Assembly: GCA_000934665.2 (NCBI GenBank)
Contig: KZ538169.1
Coordinates: forward strand, 62,001-109,400
DNA: 47,400 bases
Source of the DNA: Catajapyx aquilonaris
Lineage: Eukaryota
Reading direction: 5' to 3'
Part shown: positions 34,832-47,278 of the stretch, in pieces
Numbering within the stretch: the stretch's first letter is position 1
Layout: every line of letters begins with the position of its first letter
Program-made: the position numbers and the translations under genes
Notes under the pieces: model-generated
Seen by the model: the letters and a program-made list of their open reading frames with translations, nothing else
Told to the model about the DNA's origin: nothing
Databases searched by the model: none

Positions 34832-35713
34832 TCACTGCTCACGTGAACTGATGCCCTGCAAAGAGTAAGAGGGAAGCATCGTAATATAATTATGACCGAG
34901 ACATTAATGCGTCTGTTCCTTTTTTTTTAGGTTCGATGGTTGGCGGACAAGCTCACCTCCAGATAGCGGACCACCCGTGCCCTCCCCTGCATCCTGGCTA
35001 GGTCGACGGCCGTCTGCCCTTCACCATCCTTGGCGGAGTGGTCAGCGCCTGCCTCCACCAGGAACCTGACCATGTCTAGACAGCCGCCGTAGGCAGCATA
35101 GTGCAGTGGGGTGTAGTCGACGAGGCCAGGGTCGTTCAGGGTGGCCCCTTCGTTCAGGAGGAAGTCGACCACCGCCACTTGGTTCTCACGAGCTGCGTAA
35201 TGGATCGGCTGGTCCTCGTCCACATCCTTGGCCTTGACCTCCGCCCCTCCTCGGATCAGGAGGCCGCAAGTGGACGGATGCCCACTCATGGCGGCCAGGT
35301 GCAGCGGGGTGTCCACCGCCAGCCCTTCCTGGTCGACTGGCCAGCCTTCACTCACCAGGTAAGAGACTACCTCATCCCGCCCCGACTTGGCCGCCATGTG
35401 CAGCCCGCTCCAGCCGTTGGTGTCGTCCACCAGACCCACCAGTCCTCCGATCCCAGTGTACATCTCCACCATTCCTTGGACTTCCGTCAGACTGCCATGT
35501 TCGCACGCCCTCAGAAATGGAAGCCTCTGGGAGAAATTATAGGCCACGTTAACACTTATCAAACAAATAGCAGCGGAGCCTGTTCTTCCCGCGGCCTGTT
35601 TCCTGCCGTGGACAAACAAACAAAATTTCCCATACATGTAAGAAGTTCTTGCAAATGCATTAAAATAACCATTGTTTTGGTCTCACCTTAGTTTGGTTCG
35701 ATATGAGCTCCAT
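34832..35713 (-). CDS. Ankyrin-repeat protein (~6 repeats, ~206 aa); exons 35713-35687 (putative), 35526-34957, 34855-34832 (putative)
   Basis: The main exon encodes SGLHMAA, TPLHLAA, QPIHYAA, TPLHYAA and TAVDLA repeats. Phase-0 GT-AG junctions link it to short flanking exons MELISNQTK and GISSREQ*. Confidence 0.87.
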
Positions 35714-36110
35714 TTGTCGCACGGCAAATGTAAATTTGGTAATCGGTGTCATGCCTAACCACCTCTGACATATCATGATGGTGTTACCATTGCAATCTTT
35801 CCCCATAGGTGATGGAGATACCTGATCTTTTCACCATACATGTATCTCCACAAAAATGTCCATCGGGGTAAGACCTGGGCTTCTGGGGGGCTAGGCACTG
35901 GGAAAATTCTCATTCACGACTTCACACACTGGGAGCAGGGCCGGAGAGAGGTCTAGCCGGCCCCAGGGACGACAAAGATTTGGGTCCCCTTCGCTTGAAT
36001 ACAGACAGTGACAGTTTCAAATTTTATTTTGAAATTGCTGTCCGCGAGAAAAAGGCATTCGGATTATATGGAATGAATCGATCTCTTCACAAAACCATCC
36101 CAACTGTTAA

Positions 36111-36360
36111 AGGGACAACTCCACTCAAAATACAAGTTGGGCTCTAAAAATCTGGGAAGGAATCCTGATTCCGAAGGTATAAGCAGTTTTTCTGAGAGAC
36201 GGATGGTAAGGCCATGGCAAGCAGTCAAAGTTTGGCAATTCGAATCTGGCGCATGAGAGCTGCCCGCCCAGCCCCCTCCGCGCGCGCCGCCAACCGGGAC
36301 TGGGCAGAAATTGTCATAATTCTCAGTCATCTTTGGTCCACGGCATCATTGGTCCCTACT
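36111..36360. mobile_element. Kolobok-like transposon end, second copy
   Basis: Homologous to 25872-26105 and starts after TTAA. Confidence 0.7.
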
Positions 36361-36663
36361 GGTGTCGGGTCGTAGGTGGGGGTGGCCACCTCTTCGTCGT
36401 ATGGCTCAAATTGGTATGGGAGGAGGCCGTGCGGACTTGGTCTGGGAAGCCCTGCTGGTAGGTCGCTCTCAGCAGCAGTCGCCGCACCACGGAGGAGTAG
36501 GATGGAGAGGAAACCCGCCCCAGCCGCCTGGCATTTTGTGTGTCCGGGGCTTTTCAGCGGGGGGCCGCCAGTTGTCGCCAGGGCCTTTTTTGCTCGAGAA
36601 TCTGGTGCTTTGTATATGGCGAAGCACTGGGTGAACCGCTGATTTTCGTGATTTAACAGAAAT

Positions 36664-37618
36664 GGCTCGTCCTGAGTTGGACATTTTCGATGTGGATGAC
36701 AACAGTAGTTATGCGAACATATTGCCCTGCCGGTCAAGTAATGGTGACATTACGCACGGAGCATGACACTACTGGTCAAAAGTTAAGGATCACCCCCAAG
36801 CAGAGGTTTTTAATTTCTCAACCTTAAACTTACAGTACAAATTGAAAGTGTGAGGTACCGTTGAAAGCGTCGTGAATAACTCTACGAATCAGAAAAGGAA
36901 CGGTCACTCTAGGTTCAGCTGAGGCGCAGATATCGCCTATTTTGTTTTTAAAAAACATCTCGAACACCTACATCTTAAACTATAAATATTAATAAATAAA
37001 GGTAATCATCACGAATTGATGCTTTATAATTTTTTATTTATGGCAGGAAGCAAACGCCGAACATAAAAGAAATTACCACAAAAATTTTAAAAACTTATCA
37101 CTCGAACTGTAATTTTTTTAATTTTCGGCACCATGCATATAAAAAGAAATGCTGAAAATTTAAAAAATACTGTTCAAGTGATAATTTTTGTAAAAATTCT
37201 TGCGGTAATTTCTTTTATGTTCGGCGTTTGCTTCTTGCCATAAATAAAAAATTGTAAAGCATCAATTCGTGATGATTACCTTTATTTATTAATATTAATA
37301 GTTTAAAATGTAGGTGTTCGAGAGTGTTTTTTAAAACAAAATAGGTAACGTCTGCGCTTGTGTTGAACCTAGAGTGACCGTTCCTTTTCTGCTTGGTAGA
37401 GTTATTCACGAAGCTTTCAACGGCACCTCACAATTTCAATTTGTACTGTAAGTTGAAGCTTGAGAAATTAAAAAACCTCTGCTCGGGGGTGATGCTAAAC
37501 TTTTGACCAGTAGTGTCATGCTCCGTGCGTAATGTCACCACTACTTGACCGGCAGGGCAATATGCTCGCATAACTGCTGTTGTCATCCACATCGAAAATG
37601 TCCAACTCAGGACGAGCC
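36664..37618. mobile_element. Foldback element: ~465-bp inverted arms with a ~20-bp spacer
   Basis: GGCTCGTCCTGAGTTGGACATTTTCG... is the reverse complement of ...CGAAAATGTCCAACTCAGGACGAGCC; symmetry continues to a centre near 37140. Confidence 0.92.
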
Positions 37619-37899
37619 TTTAAGGAACTAAATAGGCATTTGCCTAAAAATCCTATAATAAAAATAATCCGTAATAGGCTGTTTTGACTGTCCGAGCAAA
37701 TATATTACAGATGGCTAGGCAGTGATAAGCCGGTAACTTTTGAAAATTTTGTAGTATTTGTACGTAAATTACGGAAAATTGGTCCAGGATGGCAAAAATG
37801 TTGAAATGCAGCACATGAAATACTTCAGTGACTTGATCTTCTCATATGATTCCTGTACGCACTTAGTCAGATATTAACAGGGTTATTCCAGACCATGTA

Positions 37900-38040
37900 G
37901 GTCCTTTAACCCCGGGCCCCACATAGGGCCTATATCATCACTCTAAGTCCCTTTCATCGTGGTCCGCCAGGGGCGGACCACCCGTTCGCTTCCGAATCGA
38001 ACCCAAGCCGTCATAGGGTCGACACTCGACCATCGCACTG
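37900..38040 (-). mobile_element. Possible tRNA-derived SINE remnant
   Basis: Minus strand TGGTCGAGTG (A-box-like), then GGGTTCGATTC (B-box), then GC hairpins. Confidence 0.35.
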
Positions 38041-40440
38041 ATGCACATGGGTCATTTTCAAATTTTTTTGCGCATTTGCTGCGTCAATGTAGAAAAAAAT
38101 AATATAAATAACTGTGACCAATCCCGCAAGTCATTTTACATTTACGTTCATTTATGTGCTCATTTGATATCAAAACCATGGATTAGAATTCATTCAGTCA
38201 TATGTAACTAAATAAAAAATGATGAAAAGTGTATGGAAATGAGGTGAAGCTGACAGCAAGATTAGCTCTTTGTGAATTTCATGCAGCTGTGTCAGTACCC
38301 GGATTTTGGAACAAATTTTTTTTTTACACTTGTTATGATTGGATACCCCAAAGTTTACACATACATCACTGTCATTTAACATATAACTAAATTTTACAAA
38401 TCATTTAAGGATGTGAAGCGAGGCACTGTCACACTCTGTTACCACCTGACTGGGACCCTTGCTGGAACTTCTGAAATCGCTCAGAATAGGCCAGCTAAAT
38501 GCCCAAGCGTAGCATAGATTCAGTCGCGAGGGAATCCTTCGTCAGTTGGGGATTGAGTGCTGGACAAGGAGGAGGCTGGCCATGTTTTCTCTCAAGGTTG
38601 CTGCGTATTTTTTCTGCCTGTCACGTATGTTAACCTTCTTAAACCCTATTCCCCTGCATGTAATTGTCAAAGCTGAATTGAGCTTGTTGCATACTATGGT
38701 CCCACCTCTTCAGGTGCTAATAACTATTCATGAAAACAAATAGTGTGCGAGGAAAAAATTACTACATTCAGTTTGTCACTGTCTGTTACTGTCAGGTATG
38801 TTACCTACCATAGAGTAGAACATATGCGACAGGCTTGGTAACAAATGCGAATGATGCTATTTGCAGAACAGCCTAACATCTGTTTGATTTCATCATCGCA
38901 GCCGTTGGGAATTCATATTCGTAAGCACCCATGACCTATTATTGTCACCAACAATAAGCAACAAGTTATGGTTGTGATGGATGTTATGATGGTTAATAAT
39001 ACGCCAAAGTTGAGAGGGTTTGGCTGGAGACCGGAAACAGTCTTTTTTGATTTCTCGAGCCACAAATGAAGCTCATATCGAAACAAACTAAGGTGAGCCC
39101 AAAACTTTAAGACATTTTTTAACACTCCAAAACTTAAATCATTCAGATATGGCCGCAAGTTTTCGAGTTGTAGGGTTTTTAAAATTGGGACATTCTTTTT
39201 CGATATTTTTTTTTTTTTGTACTTTTTTCAAACTGTAATGCATATTGTGAGCCCCTTGAAAACATTTACCATCAGTACTTAATCCTTTAATTACACAGTT
39301 GTAATACTGAAGCGACCACCGCCGCCCGGGACACTCATCTCGAAGGAATACACGGAACTCCAACCAACACACGTCTATTCTGCTCTCAAACGTATATACA
39401 CACAGCTGGCAGGACCCACACTCGGGACACAGCCACGACAGACGTCCGACCAGGACGACGTCTCACTCCGAACTCTCTATTCCAAACAAACCCCTGGACA
39501 CCAAAATAACATAAATAGTTCAGCGTCCAGGAAACGATCAACGATCCTGTTTCCAGGACGCTAAACTACCATAATTACGCATTAACACCATTCCAATAAT
39601 GTTCTCAATACCTTTCACATGCTGTTGACATGAGAGGAAAAAAAATAACAATTATGAGGAATGTGGTCCACTGCTCATTAATTTCGTTAAACTGCAAAAT
39701 AGGAGTAAAAGTGAGAAAAACCCCTGCTTTTAATTTTCAATTGACGGTTACGTGCATTTTAAATAATACGGCACGTATAGATCCACGTAACGATACTAGC
39801 CATGCTCTAATCATTTAAAAAAATTTACAAACAATTCATTAAATTTTGTGGCGGATCACGTCGGGGCTCAAGAAACTTCGTATGATTTTTTTGAATTCAG
39901 GTCAAAGAATATTCTCATCAACCTGCAACAATAATAAATTACAACAATTGGTCACCGCGGCAATCAGTTGTTGACGGTGGACAGCAAGTTCTACTAATAA
40001 TATTGTTAATTTTTTTCCAAGTTCTGTTCACGTAGCCTGCGAACGGTGGTGACATCGCAGGCCACTGCCAATTGCTGATGGTCATTTGCCATATAAATAA
40101 TAGTGATACACCGCAGGCTTTTTAATTGACGTTTCATGGCCGTCGCAATATGCTGAAAGTTTTCAGAACAATTAAAATTGCTCTTAATTTGTGTAGTGTT
40201 CTGTATTCCAAAATGGCGGAATTGAACCAAAAAGAGAAAAAAAAAGTGTTGGCACTGACCACCCTCTCCTGCTCCTGCCTCAAGTGGTGTCCAGGGTCGT
40301 ATCCCACTCCTCCTTCGGCCATGGTCTAGAGTAGCCTCTTCTTCTTCTTTTAAGACTAAAAAGGTCTTTTTCCAGGCCTTTTTTTGGAGCTCAGAACAAA
40401 ATCGGACTGGAACAAAACAGGCCCGTGGTCGAAAGAGGCC

Positions 40441-40625
40441 CAGGGTTGCCAGACGAACACCGTTGGCAAGGGATGACCGGATAGATAAACAAGGCTCTAA
40501 TTACACATTAAACAATCAAGAATTGTTTTTTTTTAAATTAATTAAATCTAATTAATGAACGGGTTTAATTAGTGTAGGATTAAAATCTTAAGTTGACGCG
40601 ATTTGGGGGGGTCTGGTAACCTTTG
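40441..40625. mobile_element. hAT-like MITE remnant
   Basis: CAGGGTTGCCAGA ... TCTGGTAACCTTTG. Confidence 0.4.
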
Positions 40626-40921
40626 CAACGGTTTTTTTTTGGAACATGTTGCCAACACCAGATAATTTCAATTAAATCGTACTACCATGAGGGGGAAATA
40701 GGAAATAATTTTATCATGAATATTTTTATGGGCTTGGATTCATTATGAGGAAGCTGTGCAATCTTCTATCATATTAAAATGCTTGCGTTGTTTATATAAG
40801 CCTTCTGATTGGTCCGCTGCATAGTTGTTACTGCCACGCTTCCGATTGGCCCCCGTCTATTGTTACCGCGAAGCGTCGATTGGCCCTCGTATGTTACAAA
40901 AAAATAATAACAAGATGAAAT

Positions 40922-41281
40922 CAGGGAGCATATACTACATACGAGGCGCAAACATTCGATTTCCGCGTCTCTCTGTTTGGGCCGTTGCCATGGCTGGCGG
41001 CCATTTTGAAGTGTGGGGAACGCCAACGAGGTATAAATAGGGTACAGGCAAAAATAGGGTCCGCCAGCTTTGATTCGCGCGTGTTCTTGCCGTGTAGTTG
41101 CCATGCCGCCAAAACCATCAAAGATGGCGGACCCTATTTTTGCCTGTACCCTATTTATACCTCGTTGGCGTTGCCCACACTTCAAGATGGCCGCCAGCCT
41201 AGACAACGCCATAAACAGAGAGAGACGAACATCAAAGGCGCCGACAGAAGTTTGCGCCTCTTACGTAGTATATTCTCCCTG
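40922..41281. mobile_element. Palindromic MITE with 7-bp TSD ATGAAAT, same family as 21760-22115
   Basis: ATGAAAT|CAGGGAG...CTCCCTG|ATGAAAT. Confidence 0.9.
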
Positions 41282-41453
41282 ATGAAATGGTGTGACTTGA
41301 AACTATAGAAACATGAGCCTCCTTTTTTTTAAATTATTTTTTTGTGTGTAAGGGTTCTGTTTCTGGTATAATGAATGACATTTTAAAGCCCAGCAGATGA
41401 GACATATGTAATGTTATGCAAGTTATGAGGAGCCAGCCCCCTAGAATCTAGAC

Positions 41454-41510
41454 CAGGGATGGGCAAACTACGACCTGCGAGAAGACAATTTGTGCAGCCA
41501 CGGCATGAAA
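41454..41510. mobile_element. hAT/Charlie-like terminus fragment
   Basis: TCTAGAC|CAGGGATGGGCAAACTACGACCTGCG resembles Charlie ends and their TCTAGA target site. Confidence 0.45.
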
Positions 41511-42201
41511 ATGTTGAAAAATTAAAGTTGCAATATGCTGTTAACTATAATATTATGTCAGAGTACTTGTAAGTTGAACAGGAGGGAAAATGTAGGTGGA
41601 AATATGGCTGCGGTGATGTAAGATGATCGTTTTGTTGAAGTGCCTTATTGAATTTATTCAAAATTATACATATTTTACAATCACAAATGAATTTGATTAT
41701 GTATTTTAAATGGTTCCAACCAAAAACATTTAACTGAGCCTCCTCCGGTTGGGTGTTGTCTGTGTCCGTTTCGCCTCATCCCCAATGGGACACCTCTACC
41801 TGGGTGGGGTCAGGACTGCCCTGCTCAACTTCCTATTGTCTAGGTCAAAAGTGGTGGATAGGTAGCACCAGAAGGGAGGAAGAGGGAGGTTTGTGCTGAG
41901 GCTGGAGGATACGGGCCAAGGGATGATGGTGCGCCAGGTCTCTATACGGAGATCTGACCTGGTCGGGGATCCAGCCGGACGTGAGGCCGGAGCAGGGGGG
42001 ACAGTACGGGCCGTACGTGCAGTCGGAGAGGCTGCACTTGTACAGGGAACACTTAAGGAGTTTATTAGACATGTGAAGGTGGTTCCGAAGTGCATAAATT
42101 TATTTCATACCTGAAAAGAAGTTGGCATTGCACAGAAACTTGCACGAAATTTAATGCAAATGCTCTGTCTGCAAAGAACAAGTTAAGTGCAATAGTGTGT
42201 A

Positions 42202-42398
42202 AAGGTGTGTTTACATGTGGGTGATTTGACGAGCAAAGTCGTTGCAGAGACTGAGTAACCCAAGTAACCAATATATTGAGGCGAAAATCGATTGTTACTT
42301 TCACCTCAAACAATATTGGTTACACTACGGGTTACTCAGCGATGATATCACTCTGCAAAGACTTCCCTCATCAAATTGCTCACAGGTAAACGCACCTT
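42202..42398. mobile_element. Palindromic MITE (PIF/Harbinger-like)
   Basis: TAAAGGTGTGTTTAC...GTAAACGCACCTTAA with an internal palindrome. Confidence 0.7.
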
Positions 42399-43812
42399 AA
42401 GTCATTGATCGATTCATACAATTTGGGGGCAGCCAGGATTAAGTAAGAATGAACTTCAGAAGTGACTTAGTGGCATTAAAACATATGTTCCAGCATCACA
42501 GTTAGGTGTGTGTTGTGAAAATAGCTACGTATGTTTTCAGGAATGGTTTTAGAAGAAAATGTTAAACCAAGTTTTTGTGTAGTAATTTTTCTCAGGAGGT
42601 GGTTTCCCTACACTAACTGTACATAAGTGATAATGGGAATGTGATTTTATTCAGATTTATATTAATATACCTATCGCTGAGATAAGGTCAAGCTTATTGC
42701 TTGGAATGTAAATGACCTGGATGAGCCTCACTTGACATCATGAACCATGGAGTTCTACTCCTCCATTGAAGATTAATTAGACCTTTAATAGAGATCAAAT
42801 AGACATTTTGGTAGACTCCACTTACGACAATGCAAAAAGATTAATCCTGGAGCACAATGAAATCATAGGGAATTAATAACAGGGTGAAAATGAAGTACAA
42901 ATGATTTTCGAATCTGTCATGTTAAATTTATTGTTTTAAATTTGAGAAGTTACATGATAAAGGGCAGAATGTCAAAGCCAGTACATAATACTGTGAAGAC
43001 ATTTAGTAACCACTGCTTTCAATGTGCAAATTGATTGTTTACAGAATACATTATTGACATTGGTTTACTGAACGTTTCATGACTTCTAGGTTTTGTCCAT
43101 CTGACAAAGGCCTACTGCAAGTAAATGATTTTGATTGGCATGTATAACGTCAAAATTCTTTGGATTGCACAGGGAATCCAACGATGACTGCAATTCCACC
43201 AAATATACCACCATTATATGTCCATGAACTTTGCGATAACATGATTCTTCCCTGTGTGAATGAAGATCAACAACCTCTGTCATATGGCCAGTCTGTTCAA
43301 ATTCCAACTGGAAACCTTTGTATGAAGGAATTCGTTTGACCATCATACTCCTGCTGTTTGTCCGAGGTGATAGTACCGCTGATCCTCGCATGGCGTATAA
43401 GTGGCAGGAGTGTGCAGAAGGAGGCGTATGAGAGCACATCTATGAGAGGCGTATGGTGCTATGTGAGCACTCGGGGTGCGGGTGGGGGAATTTTTCCAAG
43501 TGTTGGCAAGGGGTGGACAAGATACTAGTTTTGTGAGATTGCAGTGAACAGCATATACCCATACTTAACACTGACAGTAGAGGAGCAAAAGCAAATCTTC
43601 CAAGCAGGAAAGAGATGTTCAAATGAGCACTGCAATGATAGGCGTCTCCTCGCCGATGTGAATACAAATCCCCATGTTGTTTAATAGTATCAATAGAGAC
43701 AGACCGTTTGAAGTCTGGCAAACATTGCATGTGCAGTACATTATTTAAAAAAACCATGTCCTTCTTTAAACTGCACTGGCCATCTAAATCTCTGCTGACA
43801 AATGTTACAAGA

Positions 43813-44941
43813 TTATGGCTTGGATCTCATATGTATCTTGAAATGTGTCTTAAAATTGCCCACCTGTGTAAACCTCTTCTGGCAAACCTCACATGAAAGT
43901 GGTTTTTCTCCTGTATGAATCAACACATGTCTGTTAAAATCGGATTTACGTGCAAACCTCTTTTCGCATACTTCACAAGAAAACGGCCTTTCTCCCGTGT
44001 GAATTATCATATGTTTCTTCAAATAACTAAGCTGTGAAAAGGGCCTTTCGCATACCTGACAAGAATATGGCTTATATCCGGAGTGAACCGTAAAATGGGC
44101 TTTCAAATGGCTTGGGCACATAAACAACTTCTGGCAAACATGGCATACGTGTTTCTTCTCACCTGCGTGTGTCACCTTAATGTGCCTTTTCAAATAGCTG
44201 AGCAGGGTAAAGGTCTTCCTGCAAAGATAGCAAGCAAATGAAGGCACATCAGCAGTCTCAGTCATGTTTACCATGACGCCTTCTTTCAAACCATCATGTT
44301 CTGGACTAAACATTTCCTGTCCCAGCAATTGACAACCACCTTTGGCACTTTCCTCTGCCCTGTGATTCCGCTCCCTGATCCCTGGATCCTCGGGTTCATC
44401 TTGGGCTGCCTGAAAGGCGTATTGGATAAATGAGTATATTCAACTCTTGGGTCTCGGACTTTTCGCCCCGCCGCGCCGTTTCACCCCAGGCGTATTCGCC
44501 CCCGTTGAATCTAGTTTACTGTGGTTCTCTGTAAATAACCCCACTTATGGTACTGTGCAATACATTAGATGCCTCAGTGTTTTGCAAGTAGAATAATTAA
44601 TGGCCTGGAAACACTATGCATGTCTTCATCCATTTGACTCTGAAAGTACCTTGTTGCTCATGCCATGTGAGACTGCTGGAGGGTCATCCGCATCTTTTTC
44701 ATGTACCACTCCATGCTCATCCATATAGACCTCATGTAAAATGGATTCCTGCTTTGCCAACTGCCATACCTCCTCTGAAATTCCTTCCACCTCTTCCTCC
44801 TCAGGTTCCACCTCAACAGCCACCTCACCGAACCTAGCCCTGCAGCAAGATTATAGGGTCACAAGTGTTACCTTGTCGTTTGAGAGGCAATATCCTGAAC
44901 CCTCACCTGTCCCCAAGTCCTCCTTCGGCCTCTCCCGACAT
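43813..44941 (-). CDS. C2H2 zinc-finger protein, ~273 aa, acidic N-terminus and 5 fingers; exons 44941-44907, 44839-44650, 44409-43813
   Basis: Five CxxC-x12-H-x3/4-H fingers with HTGE(K/R)P-type linkers; splice phases (2, then 0) join in frame from the ATG at 44941. Confidence 0.88.
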
Positions 44942-45403
44942 GACACCGACTTACCAGACAGATAAAGCCTCAAATCAATTGGAATAAAATAATTGTACCG
45001 AAGCAAAAGAGGCCACACACTTGAAGAGAAGAGGATGAAGGACTGCTGAAGGAAGGAAGGGAGAGACACCCTTGCCGTCAGTGTTGCCAATTATTTCCGC
45101 CTTCACTTCCGCCTTATACATACACTGATTAAAACGTGAAAATAATGCTCATCACAAAGCAATTGTTTAAAAGTCGCTTAATTTTTATGTTAGGAGTCCA
45201 ATCGTTAGTGACTTCAACGCAAACTCTCTCCAACAACTGATTCTATACACACTGACACTGACAGTGAGTCCGTCATCTAGCGGTTGATGGTGCTAAGTAG
45301 TCGAGTTACTGCCCGAGGGAATTTCGAAACAAGATTGGCAATAAATCACGCGAGCGTGATTCGAGTAGACTTTTTTTCTCATTGGGCAGTGGGAAAATGA
45401 GGT

Positions 45404-45730
45404 TAACAAGTTCGTTCAAATATTTTTAGATTTGTGACCGATACGATACGATGCGATTCTAATTGGACAACAACGACATAGAATGTTGTCAGTTTCCTTT
45501 CCCCCCCCCCCGTTTCCAAGGGAATATTAATTTCTAAATCGTGTAGACTTGGACCTTGGTGGATGGACCCGGAAAACCGGAAGTTGGTCATGAAACCTAT
45601 TTTGGTCGCCCTGAATCTGAATCCCAAAACAGTTTGCCGCTAATCTTGCGGTGTAGGCCCGGATACCTGTCCACAGACAGACGGACATAGCCGTTCTATA
45701 CGACTTTTTTCCCCGATGAGAGAGTCTAAA
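45404..45730 (+). mobile_element. Helentron/DINE-1-like non-autonomous element
   Basis: ACAGACAGACGGACAT microsatellite block, ACCGGAAGT core and a terminal short hairpin before an A run. Based on resemblance only. Confidence 0.4.
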
Positions 45731-46225
45731 ACGACTCCAACCATATGGACATGGTTCAATAAGTCATGTGAGGAAAAGCAGGATTGAAATGAATGATCTA
45801 AACTTTATTTATACGTATTAAAAGTCAAATATAAATGAATCAACATGTGTCGTGTGGTTTGGAAGAACCCGTGTTGTGATGCGTGTCAGACCAGTCACTC
45901 TTCACAATGGGCCATACTTTTATCTCCTTGATTTCACTAAGTAGTCGAGACCTATCCGCATCAATACATCTGACAATAAGTAGTGTACAGCTAAGAGGGC
46001 ATTAGAAACATGTATAGAGGCGCATGTGGATGGGTAAGTGTCCGCGGACGTGAGGAATTACCTGTTTATTCCATGTAAAACATGGTAGGTTCGGGTTACA
46101 AACTTGTAATTTGAAAGAATAGGCTCTTTGTACCTAATAGCCCTAAACCAACTAAGAAAAAATAACATGTACTTGAACTGCTTAGTTACATTTACCAGGT
46201 GCCACAGATGTGATGCACTTATCTC

Positions 46226-46346
46226 CACCTTATCGTGGTGGTGGGGTTTGCGTTTCTCCCGTGACCCCAAGAGCTATGCCGGCGGTAGCTTCGTCTACTG
46301 GTAGGGCCACCCAAGCCGGACAGGTCTTTGGGGGTAGGAGACTACC
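46226..46346 (+). mobile_element. RTE-clade LINE conserved 5' region fragment
   Basis: CCTTATCGTGGTGGTGGGGTTTGCGT...GAGCTATGCCG...TAGGGCCACCCAAGCCGGACAGGTC closely follows the recalled BovB/RTE 5' consensus. Confidence 0.7.
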
Positions 46347-47278
46347 AGTCTTTCCTCTCTTCTTTTTTCCTCTTCGTTTCTCCCTCCATCTGTCCCACCT
46401 TTGCTTCTTCTTACAGCCAGATAGCCATAGTTGCTTTGGCTTCTTCCGAATAAACCAAACCAAACCACTTCACTAAATCTGACGTTTAGAGCAGAATAAC
46501 ACTCCTTCAAGCAACCAAACCAACAGGTTTTTGATTCAGCTTCTCAATATGGCTGCATTAGCAAGCAAAAAGACCAAAATCATGCATAGTGCTGCTTCCT
46601 GGATGATTTTATAACAATTTTTGTTTTTGTCCACGGACGTGACGAGAAACCTTGGGACAAAATTACTCTTGCAATAAAAACGATGCAATTTGGAACTTCA
46701 GGACAAAGAATGCATATATAGCCTTTACCTTCAGTACTTCTTTCTCCATTACACTAATGTAAAAAGCGAAATAGCATCTTACGCCTTGCATAAAAATTGA
46801 CAAAACTACGAAAGAGAAGGTTGGGACAAGCCTCGGAAGTCACTTTTCACGTTCTGTGGCATAAAGAAAAATATGAAATAATTTTCTCATTACATATTTG
46901 TTATGAGCCCCGTATTCCGCAATAAGTTGCAATCTTATTTCTTTGCATGTTATCTGGTTTTCAGTTGTTATAATAATCCAGAAATTAGCTGGGACATGAA
47001 ATTGCAGGTTTTTTTCACTATTTACCCAACTACCACATTAAAGAGGTTGAACTACACTGACACTCTACATTTCATGCGATACCGGTAACTAACTTCGATT
47101 TGAACAACTGCAATGATTTTCTAAGGTTGAAGAACGAAAAAAAAAACTAATAGAGTTGGGCAAGTTAATACTTTAAGTACACTTGGTTAAAAAAAAGCGA
47201 CAACGGCATAATAAATTATTTAACAAATCCCTTTTATTACCCACAGCATGTCCAGAAATTGTTTGAAATATGAAATTA

